A stretch of DNA of 63,030 nucleotides, the filler included, from Deltaproteobacteria bacterium (GTDB lineage: Bacteria > JAUYMQ01): assembly GCA_030698575.1 (NCBI GenBank). It is 7 parts of 7 records of this genome, joined end to end, with 100 filler letters (N's around TTAATTAATTAA, not from the genome) between each part and the next. Parts side by side here need not be neighbours in the genome. Positions count along the whole stretch, not along the records: positions 38,171 to 41,463 come from JAUYMQ010000379.1; positions 41,564 to 44,794 come from JAUYMQ010000380.1; positions 44,895 to 63,030 come from JAUYMQ010000382.1; 4 more parts are not named here. The stretch is one strand, 5' to 3'. The notes beneath the pieces were generated by a model. It did not search any database. It was not told the origin of the DNA and worked only from the letters and a program-made list of their open reading frames with translations. The first letter of the stretch is position 1; the number at the start of each line of letters is the position of its first letter. A program made the translations under genes and the position numbers. Positions 41,031-53,660 of this stretch are shown piece after piece.

Positions 41031-41129
41031 TGTCATTGCGAGGAGCGAAGCGACGAAGCAATCCCCTCGTTCGTGGCGCTGCCCGGGGGATTGCTTCGGC
41101 ACCCTCTCCGAGAGTGCCTCGCAATGACA
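41031..41129. repeat. Palindromic REP/MITE-like element, copy 2
   Basis: TGTCATTGCGAGG...CCTCGCAATGACA terminal inverted repeat; near-identical to 20186-20282; lies between convergent genes. Confidence 0.8.
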
Positions 41130-41171
41130 TGCGGGGGGAGCGCAAGCTGAGCCGCTATCCGGTGCTCCGCC

Positions 41172-41463
41172 CTACTTCCGCGCCCCTCGCCTCTGCTTCC
41201 GCCCGCGCTTGCCCGTCGCTCCGGGAGTCTCCGGCCTCGCCGAGAAGTGCGCACGCCACCAGCGCAGCGTGGCGAGAAACCAGATGGCGGCGGGAAAGGA
41301 AATGATGAGGCCCGAGGTCGAGACGTTGTGCGCCATCGCCGCCGCGCGCCAGGCGAGCCGGCTCTCGACGAAGCCCCCCTGCACAAGCGGCACCAGAGCG
41401 AGGCCGGCCGCCACCAGCCCCATCACGAGGAGGAAGGCCATGATGGCGAGCAGCACGCCGAAC
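41172..41463 (-). CDS. C-terminal part of a membrane protein; 5' end cut by contig end
   Basis: Two hydrophobic helices and a basic tail; frame open to the contig edge. Confidence 0.55.
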
Positions 41464-41563
41464 NNNNNNNNNNNNNNNNNNNNNNNNNNNNNNNNNNNNN
41501 NNNNNNNTTAATTAATTAANNNNNNNNNNNNNNNNNNNNNNNNNNNNNNNNNNNNNNNNNNNN
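41464..41563. other. Artificial contig spacer
   Basis: N-TTAATTAATTAA-N linker. Confidence 0.98.
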
Positions 41564-42501
41564 TCAATCCCCCAGGGGTAGTCGGTCGCCCCGTAGATGT
41601 ACTCCATCGCGATGCCCAGGCCCTGGTGCCACCGCGGAATCCCCATGCCCCGGCAGTAATCGTCGAGCCAGGTCCGGACCGTCCTCGCGTACTCCCCGGG
41701 CCCCGAAAGGCTGTAGGTAATGCGATCCGAGGAGTATCCGGCCTCGAGCCCCTTGGCGTAGGCGGTGAGCAGGTGAAAGAGATCGCGAACCGGCAGGCCC
41801 GCTTCGAGACTCTTGGTCCAGTCGAGCGCCGACACCATCGCGTGTTCGAAGTCGCGCTCGCCCGCTGGCACATCGAGCAAAATGTTCGAGACGCTGAAGT
41901 CCCCGTGCGTCAGCGTGAAGGGGAAGGCTGCGCCCGCAAGCGCGCCCGCGCGCTCCTCGATTCTCCCCAGGTATCGCCGCGCCGCCGGCGTCAGCTCGCT
42001 GCCCTTCACGAACCGCCGGATTGGCTCGAGAAACGCCTGCTCGACGTCGTCGGCCGAGAGCGTGACCTCGACGCGCGTGGCCACCTGGAGCTCGGTCAGC
42101 CACCGGCAGGCACGGCCGAGCGCGCGCAACCCGCGGCTCTGAAAACTGTGAAGCCGCGACCCCGGCAGCCCCTCGAGCATGAGCACCATCTTTCCACCGA
42201 TGGCGCAGAGCGATACGGGCTTCGGGATCGAGGGGAGAAACTCGGTCAGAGGCGCCAGCCGGCGAAGGATGCGCTCGAGGTTCTCGTACTCGAGCCTGAG
42301 ATAGGCCTCGCCTTCGGCCGTGCGCGGTATCTTCACCACCAGCTGGGGCCGTCCCCCGCCCCCGTCCTTGCTCGAGAGAACGAGGAAGGTGCTGACGCGC
42401 GAGCCGGGGAGCTGAACAAAGGAAATCTTTTCGGGCGGGGGAGTTCCTGGGAGCAGCTCCGTCCAGTTTTCGATCAGGTAACGGCTGAGGAGCGGGAACA
42501 T
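41564..42501 (-). CDS. APH/choline-kinase-like phosphotransferase; 3' end cut by contig end
   Basis: VVKIP lysine, Brenner-type THGDFSVSNILL, LDW motif. Confidence 0.8.
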
Positions 42502-42522
42502 CTCGTGGCCCCCCCTCGGGCG

Positions 42523-43473
42523 TCAGGACTTTCTTGCCACCGCGATATAGGACGGCGCGGCCACGGGGACGAGTCCTGCGTCGATGGCCGCGCCCAGCAA
42601 GGCCCGCTTCCAGCGGGCCCTGGGATGTCGATAGACCACGTGAAAGTATCGAAGGGCCTCCTTGCTGTCAAGGGAAACGACCGCCTGAAGGTCGCTCAGA
42701 TCGGGCACCGGAAGGTAGAGTTGCGGATCATGGAATCCGGATCGCGCGAGTCGCGCGCGAAACGCCGGAAGCGTGCTCGCCAGCGCGCGCCCGCCCGCGC
42801 AGCGCGCGCCGAGGGGGTTCCTGATTCGATTCGGCATTCCGAGAACGAGCGTGCCGCCCTTGTGAAGCAGGCGAAAGGCCGTGCTGATGAGACGCCCGAG
42901 CGGATCGCCGCCGCCGCCGTTCGTTCCCGGCGCGCCGCGCCAGGCGCCCATGAGCGAGACGAGCGAGAACTGATCCCGCGTGAAGGGAATATCCGACTCG
43001 CTCCGGCCGTGCACGATCGCGTGCACGTTATCGAGCGATTCCTGATCGGCGCGAACGCGGAGATACTCGGCGCGCTCGGCGTCCTGCACGAAGGCGGCGA
43101 CGCTTCCCATCGTGCGCGCGACCGCGGTCAGATGCGCGCCCCAGGGATCGCCGAGCACGAGCGCCGCCCCGTCGGGGTCGGGCTCGACCAGAAACTGCCA
43201 GTCGCCGGCCCGCTCGGTGCGCATGGCGCCCATGCGCATCATGAGCACGCGGAGATCGGGTGTGCCGGCCTCGAGCTTTGTCTCTGCCGCGGCCAGCCAG
43301 CCCCGCTCGAGCGCGTCCTGTGCAAGCGCCGGCGGCGACGCGGGCGCCTCGCCCGACGCCCAGACCACGCCGCGCCGTACAGGCAGCGCGTGGCCGCAGC
43401 GGTTGCAAGAGAAACAATCTTTGGCCGGGGCCAGCGGGCCGTCGCAGCGCGTGCAGGAGAGCGTGATGCTCAC
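42523..43473 (-). CDS. Class I SAM-dependent methyltransferase-like protein with N-terminal zinc ribbon
   Basis: CTRC...CNRC, degenerate motif I (LVLGDPWG), PFTRDQFSLV, LHKGGTLVLGMPNR. Confidence 0.65.
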   Translation of the reverse strand: MSITLSCTRCDGPLAPAKDCFSCNRCGHALPVRRGVVWASGEAPASPPALAQDALERGWLAAAETKLEAGTPDLRVLMMRMGAMRTERAGDWQFLVEPDPDGAALVLGDPWGAHLTAVARTMGSVAAFVQDAERAEYLRVRADQESLDNVHAIVHGRSESDIPFTRDQFSLVSLMGAWRGAPGTNGGGGDPLGRLISTAFRLLHKGGTLVLGMPNRIRNPLGARCAGGRALASTLPAFRARLARSGFHDPQLYLPVPDLSDLQAVVSLDSKEALRYFHVVYRHPRARWKRALLGAAIDAGLVPVAAPSYIAVARKS

Positions 43474-44675
43474 GGGAGCCCCTCCACAATTTCGCGAAGC
43501 CGCGCCGCGCGCCGCTCCCAGCTGTAGCTCTCGACGTCTTTGCGCGCCCGGGCCGCCAGCGCGGCGGCCAGCGCGGGGTCGGCGAGCAGTGCCCGGAGCG
43601 CGTCGGCCAGCGCCTCGGGATCGCCCGGCGGCGCCAGCCGCCCGTTGTCGCCGTCGCGGATCACTTCACGAATGGCCGGGAGATCGGAAACGACGACGGG
43701 AATGCCCGCCGCCATCGCCTCGAAGATCTTCAGGGGCGAAGTGAAGTAGCGCGAGTAGACGCTGTCGGGGAGCGGCACCGCGGTCACGGTCGCGCGCGCC
43801 ATGTACGCGGCCAGTTCGCCGTGCGGCACGAAGGGGCGGAACTCGACGCGGTCCGCCACGCCGATGGCTCCCGCGAGCGCTTCGAGCCGCGCGAGGTCGG
43901 GCTCGAAGGGAAGCCCGCCGACGATGAGCAGCTTCGCCTCGGGCAGCCGCGTCACGGCGCGGACGATCGTGTCGACGCCTTTCCAGGCGTAGAGCTGGCC
44001 CACGTAGATGATCGTCGCCGGTTCCGGGTCGCGCCGCGGCTCGCCTTCGATCAGATGAACGCCGTTGCGAACGACATGAAGGTCCGGGCGATCGCCGAAA
44101 GTTTCGATCAACATTTCGCGCAGCGCTTCCGTCACACACACCACCGCGTCGGCGCCGCGGTAGAGCCGCTCGTCGATGCTCTTCTGCCGTTCGATCTGCG
44201 CCTCTGGAACAGGCGGGCTGTCGGGATACATCTCGTGGCGGATAGCGAGGAAGAGATGGGAGATATGGTGCATCTCGAAGACGACGGGCACGCGGTGAAG
44301 CGATCTTAGCGCGAGCAGGCCGCGCACGACACCTTCGTCGCGCGCCAGGAAAGCGGCGGGGCGCCCCTGCCCTGCGGGGATGAGCGCGCGGCGCAGGCAG
44401 GACAGGCCGAGCGTCGCCAGGAAGCCGCGGTTGCGCGCTTTCGCGGGCGCGGCGGGCGGGAGCACGGGCAGGCGGACGATCGACAGGTTGCGGTGCGGGT
44501 TCAGGCCGTAGAAGGCCAGCGACTCGACCTCGCCAATCCGGCCCTTCCCCCCGCGGACGAGCAGCGTCACGCGATCACCGGCGCGCGCCAGCGCGTGGCA
44601 GGTCTGGATGATCTGGATCGAGTTCGCGCGCTCCATCGGGAAGCGCAGGTTTACGGGATAGACGATGTGAGCCAT
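43470..44675 (-). CDS. Glycosyltransferase family 4
   Basis: YVGQLYAWKGVD, SPLKIFEAMAAGIPVVVSD. Confidence 0.92.
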   Translation of the reverse strand: MAHIVYPVNLRFPMERANSIQIIQTCHALARAGDRVTLLVRGGKGRIGEVESLAFYGLNPHRNLSIVRLPVLPPAAPAKARNRGFLATLGLSCLRRALIPAGQGRPAAFLARDEGVVRGLLALRSLHRVPVVFEMHHISHLFLAIRHEMYPDSPPVPEAQIERQKSIDERLYRGADAVVCVTEALREMLIETFGDRPDLHVVRNGVHLIEGEPRRDPEPATIIYVGQLYAWKGVDTIVRAVTRLPEAKLLIVGGLPFEPDLARLEALAGAIGVADRVEFRPFVPHGELAAYMARATVTAVPLPDSVYSRYFTSPLKIFEAMAAGIPVVVSDLPAIREVIRDGDNGRLAPPGDPEALADALRALLADPALAAALAARARKDVESYSWERRAARLREIVEGLP

Positions 44676-44713
44676 GGGCGCTCCCGGGGGGCCTTCCGCG
44701 GGCTTCGCGGGGG

Positions 44714-44794
44714 CTAGTCGGCAGCCGGGATCACCTCCGCGGCCTTGGCGCGCGTATCGTCGACGAGGGCCGCCACGTGCTTCTCGATCTCGTC
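44714..44794 (-). CDS. C-terminal end of an upstream gene cut by the contig end
   Basis: Reads DEIEKHVAALVDDTRAKAAEVIPAAD-stop with typical GC3 codon bias. Confidence 0.5.
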   Translation of the reverse strand, partial: DEIEKHVAALVDDTRAKAAEVIPAAD

Positions 44795-44894
44795 NNNNNN
44801 NNNNNNNNNNNNNNNNNNNNNNNNNNNNNNNNNNNNNNTTAATTAATTAANNNNNNNNNNNNNNNNNNNNNNNNNNNNNNNNNNNNNNNNNNNN
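44795..44894. other. Artificial contig spacer
   Basis: N-TTAATTAATTAA-N linker. Confidence 0.98.
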
Positions 44895-46424
44895 CACGAA
44901 CCCGCCGATGAACATGCCCGTCAACACCTGCGGGTCCGACAGCAGCAACTGAAAATCGGGCTGGTGGTGTTTCACCACGTTGATGAAGGCCGCAATGATC
45001 GCGAGCGAGGCCAGCGAGGCCGCGCCGATGGCAAACCCTTTGCCGATCGCCGCCGTGGTGTTGCCGACTTCGTCGAGCGCATCGGTGATGGCGCGGGTTT
45101 GTTTGCCCAGTCCCGCCATCTCGGCGATGCCACCGGCGTTGTCGGCCACCGGGCCGTAGGCATCGACGCTCATCGTGATGCCCACCGTGGCCAGCATCCC
45201 GACCGCGGCTATCCCGATGCCGTAGATCCCTGCAACGTAGTCCGAAACGAAGATGCCCGCGGCGATGCAGAGCACCGGTGCCGCGGTGGACTCGAGGCCG
45301 ATTGCGAGCCCCGTGATGATGTTCGTCGCGGCGCCGGTCTGGCTCGCTTCGGCGATGCGCCGGATCGGGCCCGCGGCGGTGTAATACTCGGTGATCCAGC
45401 CGATGAGGAGCCCGACCAGCGTTCCGGCCACCACCGCGAGGAACACACCGTTGGACATCGCGAGCTGGTGGACGAGCGCGTAGGCCAGGGCGAGGAAGAG
45501 AGCTGCCGACAAGAGCGTGGCCATGCGAAGCGCCATCGCGGGGCTCCCCTTGGCGAGTATTCGCATGAACGCGATGCCGATGAGGCTCGCGATGAGGCCC
45601 AGGGCAGCCATGCCGAGCGGCATGAACATGAGATCGGCGCGCAGCGTCACCGCGTCGATGTTGGGGCCCAGCTTGGCCATGAGCGCGCCGCCGGCGGTCG
45701 CGGCAATGGCGATGGTCGCGATGATGGACCCGACGTAGCTCTCGAAGATGTCGGCGCCCATGCCGGCCACGTCGCCCACGTTGTCGCCCACGTTGTCGGC
45801 GATGACGCCCGGGTTCCGCGGGTCGTCTTCGGGGATGCCCGCTTCCAACTTTCCCACGAGATCGGCGCCGACATCGGCGCTCTTCGTGAAGATGCCTCCG
45901 CCGACGCGGGCGAACAGCGCAATCGAGCTGGCCCCCATCGCGAAGCCGTTGATGTAGCTCGACGTGGCGGGATCCCCGCCGAAGATGAGGTAGAGAACGC
46001 CGACGCCCATCAGCCCAAGGCTCGCCACAGCGAGCCCCATGACGGAGCCGCCGTTGAACGCGATGAGAAGGGCGGCTGTCTGCCCTTTCTCCTTGGCCGC
46101 GTTCGCGGTCCGCACGTTCGCCTTGGTCGCCGCGCTCATCCCGAATCGGCCGGCCAGAAGCGAGGAGATCGCGCCGCCTATGAAAGCCAGCGCCGTCTGG
46201 AGGTTCACCGCGAAGCCCAGGAGCACCGCGACGATCACGATGAAGACCGCAAGGATCTGATACTCGCGCTTCAGGAAGACCATGGCGCCGAGGTGAATCT
46301 GATCCGCAATTTCCTGCATCCGCTCCGATCCGGCGGGCGCCGCAAGAATTGCCCTGTAAATCCCGAATGCCACCAGAAGGCCAAACACCCCCAGAACGAC
46401 CGGGGCCCACCCCCAGATTTCCAT
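44895..46424 (-). CDS. hppA: Membrane-integral ion-translocating pyrophosphatase (K+-dependent type); 3' end cut by contig end
   Basis: [43 protein letters not shown]. Confidence 0.94.
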
Positions 46425-46504
46425 TCCCAGACCTCCTTCTCAGGAAACCACCGCGCCGGGAGGCCAGGCGCCTCCCGGGGAGCATTTCAATATGTAGATA
46501 AATC

Positions 46505-47077
46505 TCAAGGGTTAAATCGGTTCATCGCAGGAACGATCCCCTCGAAAACGATCGTTTCGAGGGCCTCCACGGCCCGGTCGAGGATCTCGGGGAGACGCTC
46601 CTCTTCTTCTCGCAAGAAGGGCTGAAGCACGAAGTCCTCCGGGGCGATCCGCACCGGGGGCCGCCCGATTCCGATGCGGAGACGAAGGAAACTGTCACCG
46701 CCCATCACCTCGATGATCGAACGGACCCCGCGCTGTCCGCTATCGCTGCCACGGGCGCGGATCCGGAGCTTCCCGAAGGGAAGATCAAGATCATCGTGCA
46801 CCACGACGACGTCCTCGGGGCGGATGCCGTAGTAGTCCGCCGCTTCCCTGAGGGCGCTCCCCGAAAGATTCATGTAGGTCTGGGGTTTCAGCAGCAGGAT
46901 GGCGGCTTCGATATCGTCACGCCGAAGCAGCCCCTGCCACAGGTGCGATCGAAACTTCCGCTTGCCAAGCTTCGCGCCGTGGCGCTCCGCCAATCGGTCG
47001 ATCAAACGGAAGCCGATGTTGTGGCGGGACCCCTCGTACTTCTTGCCCGGATTCCCCAGGCCGGCCAGAAGCTTCAA
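46505..47077 (-). CDS. pth: Peptidyl-tRNA hydrolase
   Basis: GLGNPG..Y..SRHNIGF, KPQTYMNLSG, HDDLDL, RLRIGIG. Confidence 0.95.
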   Translation of the reverse strand: MKLLAGLGNPGKKYEGSRHNIGFRLIDRLAERHGAKLGKRKFRSHLWQGLLRRDDIEAAILLLKPQTYMNLSGSALREAADYYGIRPEDVVVVHDDLDLPFGKLRIRARGSDSGQRGVRSIIEVMGGDSFLRLRIGIGRPPVRIAPEDFVLQPFLREEEERLPEILDRAVEALETIVFEGIVPAMNRFNP

Positions 47078-47092
47078 GATGGGCGGCTCGCC

Positions 47093-47821
47093 CTAATCGT
47101 CCTTGCCCTTGGCCTTGGCCTTGGCGTCGCCCTTCCCCTTGGCGTCGCCGTCCGCCGCAGCCGCACCCTCGGCCGGCGCTTCGGCGCCCTCGGCACCAGG
47201 CGCCACCTCCCCTGCCGGCAGCTCGCCTTCGACCGGCGCCGCAGCCTCTTCCTCAGCCATCGGCGAAGTGACGGTGGCCACGGTCGTGGTCAGTTCCTCG
47301 ATAATCTTCACTCCCGCGGGGACAATCAGGTCGCTCACGTGGATCAAATCGCCGATCCCGAGGGCCGTCACGTCTACCTCGACCACCTCGGGAATGCTTC
47401 CCGGGAGGCATTCCACGCGCAGCTCGCGCAGCCCCTGATCGAGAATCCCGCCCTCGTCGATGCCGGCCGCCTTTCCGATGAGCCGGATGGGAACATCCAC
47501 CTCAATCGCCTCGTCCATGCGGATCTGGTAGAGGTCCGCGTGAAGGGGCACGCGCTTGATCGGGTCGACCTGGAGATCGCGGAGCAAGACGACCTTTTCT
47601 CCCTCTTCCGACCGCCCGCCGATGGTGAGGCGGATCAAGGTGTTTGTGCCCGCCTCGGTGTCCACCGCCTTCATGAGCGCGCGCGGATCGACGGCAAGCA
47701 TCACGTTCTCGAGACCGTGGCCGTAGAGGATCGCCGGGATCATCCCTTTCGCGCGAATCTTTCGCGCGACGCCCTTTCTCGTACCTGTCCGCAGTTCGAC
47801 GCTGAGTTCCGATCGTTCCAT
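47093..47821 (-). CDS. rplY: 50S ribosomal protein L25 / Ctc
   Basis: IPAILYG, LHADL, long Ctc-type form with acidic tail; between prs and pth. Confidence 0.95.
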   Translation of the reverse strand: MERSELSVELRTGTRKGVARKIRAKGMIPAILYGHGLENVMLAVDPRALMKAVDTEAGTNTLIRLTIGGRSEEGEKVVLLRDLQVDPIKRVPLHADLYQIRMDEAIEVDVPIRLIGKAAGIDEGGILDQGLRELRVECLPGSIPEVVEVDVTALGIGDLIHVSDLIVPAGVKIIEELTTTVATVTSPMAEEEAAAPVEGELPAGEVAPGAEGAEAPAEGAAAADGDAKGKGDAKAKAKGKDD

Positions 47822-47876
47822 TGGTACAATCTCCTGGCTGCGCTCCTGCCGCGTCAGGCGGCGGGCGCCGATCCGG

Positions 47877-48818
47877 TCAGAAGAAAAGGGAGCTGACCGA
47901 GGTCTCCGAGTGAATCCGCTTGATGGCCTCGCTGAGAAGAGGCGCGATGCTCACGACCTTGATCCGTGGGCAGGCGTTCGCCTCCTCGCGCAGCGGGATG
48001 GTGTTCGTCACGAGGAGTTCCTCGATGTTCGACTCCTCGATGCGCTTCACCGCCGGCCCTGATAGCACCGGATGCGTGGTCGCCGCAAAGACACGCTTTG
48101 CGCCGGCCTCGGCAAGCGCTGCGGCGCCCTTCACCAGCGTGCCGCCGGTATCGACGATGTCGTCGACGAGAATGGCCGTCTTCCCATCGACATCTCCGAT
48201 AATGTTCATCACCTCGGTAACGTTCGCCGCCTCGCGCCGCTTGTCGATGATGGCCAGACCGACATCCAGCCGCTTGGCGTGCGCCCTCGCTCGTTCCACG
48301 CCGCCTGCGTCTGGCGCCACGATGATGAGATCATCCTTGTAGTGCTGTTCGATGTACTTCAGGACAACCGGCGCGGCGAAAAGGTTGTCGACGGGGATAT
48401 TGAAGAATCCCTGGATCTGCCCCGCGTGCAGATCCATGCAGAGCACGCGATCGGCGCCGCTGGTCGAGATCAGATCAGCCACAAGCCGGGCCGTGATCGG
48501 CGTGCGGGACGCCAGCTTCCGGTCCTGCCGGGAGTAGCCGTAGTAAGGCATGACCGCCGTGATGCGCTTGGCCGAAGCGCGCCGCACGGCGTCGCACATG
48601 ATGAGCAGCTCCATCAAATTCGTGTTGCTGGGGGTACTCGTCGATTGCACCAGGAAGACGTCGCAGCCGCGGACGTTCTCCTCGATCTCCACCATGATCT
48701 CGCCGTCCGAGAAGGGACGCACCTCCGCCTTTCCGAGCGGAACGCCCAGGTTTTCGCAGATCTCCCGGGCCAGCGACGGATTGGAATTGCCGGAGAAGAC
48801 CTTCATTGCCTCGGTCAT
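47877..48818 (-). CDS. prs: Ribose-phosphate pyrophosphokinase
   Basis: [37 protein letters not shown]. Confidence 0.96.
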   Translation of the reverse strand: MTEAMKVFSGNSNPSLAREICENLGVPLGKAEVRPFSDGEIMVEIEENVRGCDVFLVQSTSTPSNTNLMELLIMCDAVRRASAKRITAVMPYYGYSRQDRKLASRTPITARLVADLISTSGADRVLCMDLHAGQIQGFFNIPVDNLFAAPVVLKYIEQHYKDDLIIVAPDAGGVERARAHAKRLDVGLAIIDKRREAANVTEVMNIIGDVDGKTAILVDDIVDTGGTLVKGAAALAEAGAKRVFAATTHPVLSGPAVKRIEESNIEELLVTNTIPLREEANACPRIKVVSIAPLLSEAIKRIHSETSVSSLFF

Positions 48819-48868
48819 GGCGACGTTCCCCGGAAAGCGTGGAGATGGCGGGTGATAGCGTCTCGAAC

Positions 48869-48943
48869 TGGTTGGGGCGGCAGGATTCGAACCTGCGAAT
48901 GCGGGATCCAAAGTCCCGTGCCTTGCCGCTTGGCTACGCCCCA
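48869..48943 (-). tRNA. tRNA-Gln (anticodon TTG), CCA encoded
   Basis: TGGGGCGTAGCCAAGCGGCAAGGCACGGGAC-T-TTG-GA-TCCCGCATTCGCAGGTTCGAATCCTGCCGCCCCAACCA; usual ispE-tRNAGln-prs context. Confidence 0.96.
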
Positions 48944-48973
48944 GTAAGCGGCGCTGGCCGCCGGGCGCTCGTC

Positions 48974-49837
48974 TCAAGCCGGCTCGAGGTTCCTGGCCAG
49001 AAAGACCCGCCAGTTCGGCGCGAGCCTGAGCGAGTCGTAGGCGTATCGCGCGCGCGACACCTCCCTGAAAACACCAAAGACCGTGGGGCCGCTTCCGGAA
49101 ACCAGCGCGCCCACGGCCCCCAGCCCCATCAGGCGCTCTTTCAACCGCTGAAGCACGGGGTACCGAGGCAGGGTGACCGCCTCAAGGTCGTTGGCGAGGG
49201 AGGCGCTTAAGTTGCTCCAATACCTTGAAATCGGGGGTACTTTAGGTTGTGGTCGCCCCCTTGTCAACGGCCCGCGAAGCCGATCGTAGGCCCAGGCGGT
49301 GGACACCTCGAAGCCCGGGTTGACCAGCACGAACCAGGTCTCCGGCATGGGCGGCAGGGGGGTGAGAATCTCACCAATTCCCCGCGCCAGTGCGGGGCGG
49401 CCCTCGAGGAAGAAGGGAACATCGGCCCCGAGCGAGGCCGCCAGACGAGCCAGGGACCGCTTTCCAATCGGCCCACCGGCGAGCCGGTTGAGCCCTTGAA
49501 GCACCGCCGCGGCGTCGGAACTGCCGCCGCCAAGCCCCGCTCCGGCCGGCACCGCCTTCCCGAGGCCGATGCGCACGCCGCGCCGGAGCCCCGCTGCCTC
49601 CATGAATTCCGCGGCTGCACGAACGGCCAGGTTCCCATCGCCGCTGGGAATATCGGCGCTGTTCGTCATGAGCGTCACCCCCCGCCCCCCGAAGGAAACC
49701 TCCACCAGGTCGCCGAGTGTGAGCGGCACCATGACCGTCTCGATGTCGTGGTAGCCGTCCTCGCGGCGGCCGAGCACGCGCAGGGTCAGGTTCACCTTCG
49801 CGGGCGCGAAAAGTTGCACTGTCTCAGTCGCGGCCAC
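48974..49837 (-). CDS. ispE: 4-diphosphocytidyl-2-C-methyl-D-erythritol kinase
   Basis: [36 protein letters not shown]. Confidence 0.95.
   Translation of the reverse strand: MAATETVQLFAPAKVNLTLRVLGRREDGYHDIETVMVPLTLGDLVEVSFGGRGVTLMTNSADIPSGDGNLAVRAAAEFMEAAGLRRGVRIGLGKAVPAGAGLGGGSSDAAAVLQGLNRLAGGPIGKRSLARLAASLGADVPFFLEGRPALARGIGEILTPLPPMPETWFVLVNPGFEVSTAWAYDRLRGPLTRGRPQPKVPPISRYWSNLSASLANDLEAVTLPRYPVLQRLKERLMGLGAVGALVSGSGPTVFGVFREVSRARYAYDSLRLAPNWRVFLARNLEPA
49239..49267 (-). promoter_or_regulatory. Sigma70 promoter inside ispE, probably for tRNA-Gln-prs-rplY-pth
   Basis: Minus strand TTGACA-N17-TAAAGT within a locally AT-enriched patch of ispE. Confidence 0.6.
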
Positions 49838-49864
49838 GGGATGCCTCCGTCAGGGAACCTTCTC

Positions 49865-52450
<2,586 letters not shown>

Positions 52451-52638
52451 CAACAAAGCTCCTTGGGCATCGGGGGACCTCTGAAACCAAATTACAGGAA
52501 CATCGCCCGGCATCGCGGGGCCACTCGTAACCTGCGCACGATGGCGGTGGGGGTCAACCGCCGGCGGGCGAAAAACGGGTGGAAAATCGAAGGGCCGGGT
52601 GGCCCGGGGTGATGGCGCAAAGGGAACGGAAGAGAGGG

Positions 52639-53052
52639 CTAGATGCGGCCGGAGGCCTTCAGAAAGCGGAGCCGGAGGTCGTAGAGGACAGCCTCGAGGG
52701 TCTTCTTCTCCTCGTCGCTCAGATTCCCCCGGGTCTTCTGCTCGAGCATCCCGAGCAGATCGATGGTCTGCTGGGCGACGGGGAGATTCTGCTCGACCTT
52801 CTTGGTGAAGGGATCAGGGATTTCCCCGAGCTGCGCGAGGGCACTGCTCGAAAGTGAGAAGACGAAAGTCGTGAAGGTGATCTCGGGTGGCGGGACCCCC
52901 TTTTCAGCGCCGCTCGTGGGGGGCTCGCTGGCTGGGGGCGCCTCGGGGGAAGGTTCTGCCGCTTTGCTCTGGCCGCGGCGGTCGGAGACGCGAAATCGCG
53001 GCGATCGGCCTTCCTTCTGATTCTTTTCGTCTTCCTCGTCGGACCTGGCCAT
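52639..53052 (-). CDS. DUF1844-family protein
   Basis: [11 protein letters not shown]...[21 protein letters not shown]...[10 protein letters not shown]. Confidence 0.85.
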   Translation of the reverse strand: MARSDEEDEKNQKEGRSPRFRVSDRRGQSKAAEPSPEAPPASEPPTSGAEKGVPPPEITFTTFVFSLSSSALAQLGEIPDPFTKKVEQNLPVAQQTIDLLGMLEQKTRGNLSDEEKKTLEAVLYDLRLRFLKASGRI

Positions 53053-53106
53053 GGCGAGGGCCTCCGGAGTCAAAGTGCGCGGGCAATCCCGCGCTTCGTC
53101 TAGGGC

Positions 53107-53433
53107 CTAAGCATTCTCGTCCGGCGTGTCAACCGGATCGTCTTCGGCGGACACGGCCTCCGGGGGCGCCTCCAGCGCGGCGAACGGGGCGTCTTCCTGG
53201 AGGGCTTCCCCTGGCTCCGCCTCCTCGGAAAGGGCCGGTTCAACGGCCTGCACCTTGGCCCTCGGCTTCGGGGCGGGCTTCAGCTCTTCCTCCTCGAGGT
53301 TCAGGATCTCGGAACTCCCCTCGCGATCGGGGAGAGAGCCGATGAAGCCGTCGAACTCCTCTGTGGTCAGGAGCCCCTTTCGAATCGAGCGCTCCGCGAT
53401 GCGCTTGTCGTAGTGGATGAAGGGTTTCTCCAT
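53107..53433 (-). CDS. Small hypothetical protein with acidic tail
   Basis: DKRIAERSIRKGLL...SLPD N-terminal segment; GGAGG RBS; promoter upstream. Confidence 0.7.
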   Translation of the reverse strand: MEKPFIHYDKRIAERSIRKGLLTTEEFDGFIGSLPDREGSSEILNLEEEELKPAPKPRAKVQAVEPALSEEAEPGEALQEDAPFAALEAPPEAVSAEDDPVDTPDENA

Positions 53434-53488
53434 GGAAGGGCGTCCTCCGGGATGAACTTCGTGGTGAATGGAACAAAATTTTAAAGAA

Positions 53489-53501
53489 AATCAGGCCGTT
53501 G
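53489..53501 (+). promoter_or_regulatory. Putative IHF-binding site
   Basis: AATCAGGCCGTTG matches WATCARNNNNTTR, with an A/T tract upstream. Confidence 0.35.
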
Positions 53502-53511
53502 AGAGAAGCGG

Positions 53512-53540
53512 AAAGTAGTGGGCCGGGCCGGTGCTGTCAA
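53512..53540 (-). promoter_or_regulatory. Putative sigma70 promoter for the leftward genes
   Basis: Minus strand TTGACA-N17-TACTTT. Confidence 0.6.
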
Positions 53541-53563
53541 GTGTCCCGGACGACGTCATCCCC

Positions 53564-53593
53564 TTGACACCCGCGGGGCCCGCGTCCTACCCT
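53564..53593 (+). promoter_or_regulatory. Putative sigma70 promoter for bamD
   Basis: TTGACA-N18-TACCCT. Confidence 0.5.
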
Positions 53594-53660
53594 ACCGTCG
53601 CATTCGTAAACTAATCCGCACGCAACTCCCCCAAGGCGGCACGCACAGGAAGGATCCTTC

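Noticed and set aside
48869-48943. tRNA as a possible integration site
   Set aside because: Flanked by ispE and prs in the usual order, with no integrase or duplicated tRNA 3' end.
48819-48977. N-terminal extension of Prs in the ORF track
   Set aside because: It runs through the tRNA-Gln gene; the real start is 48818 or 48806.
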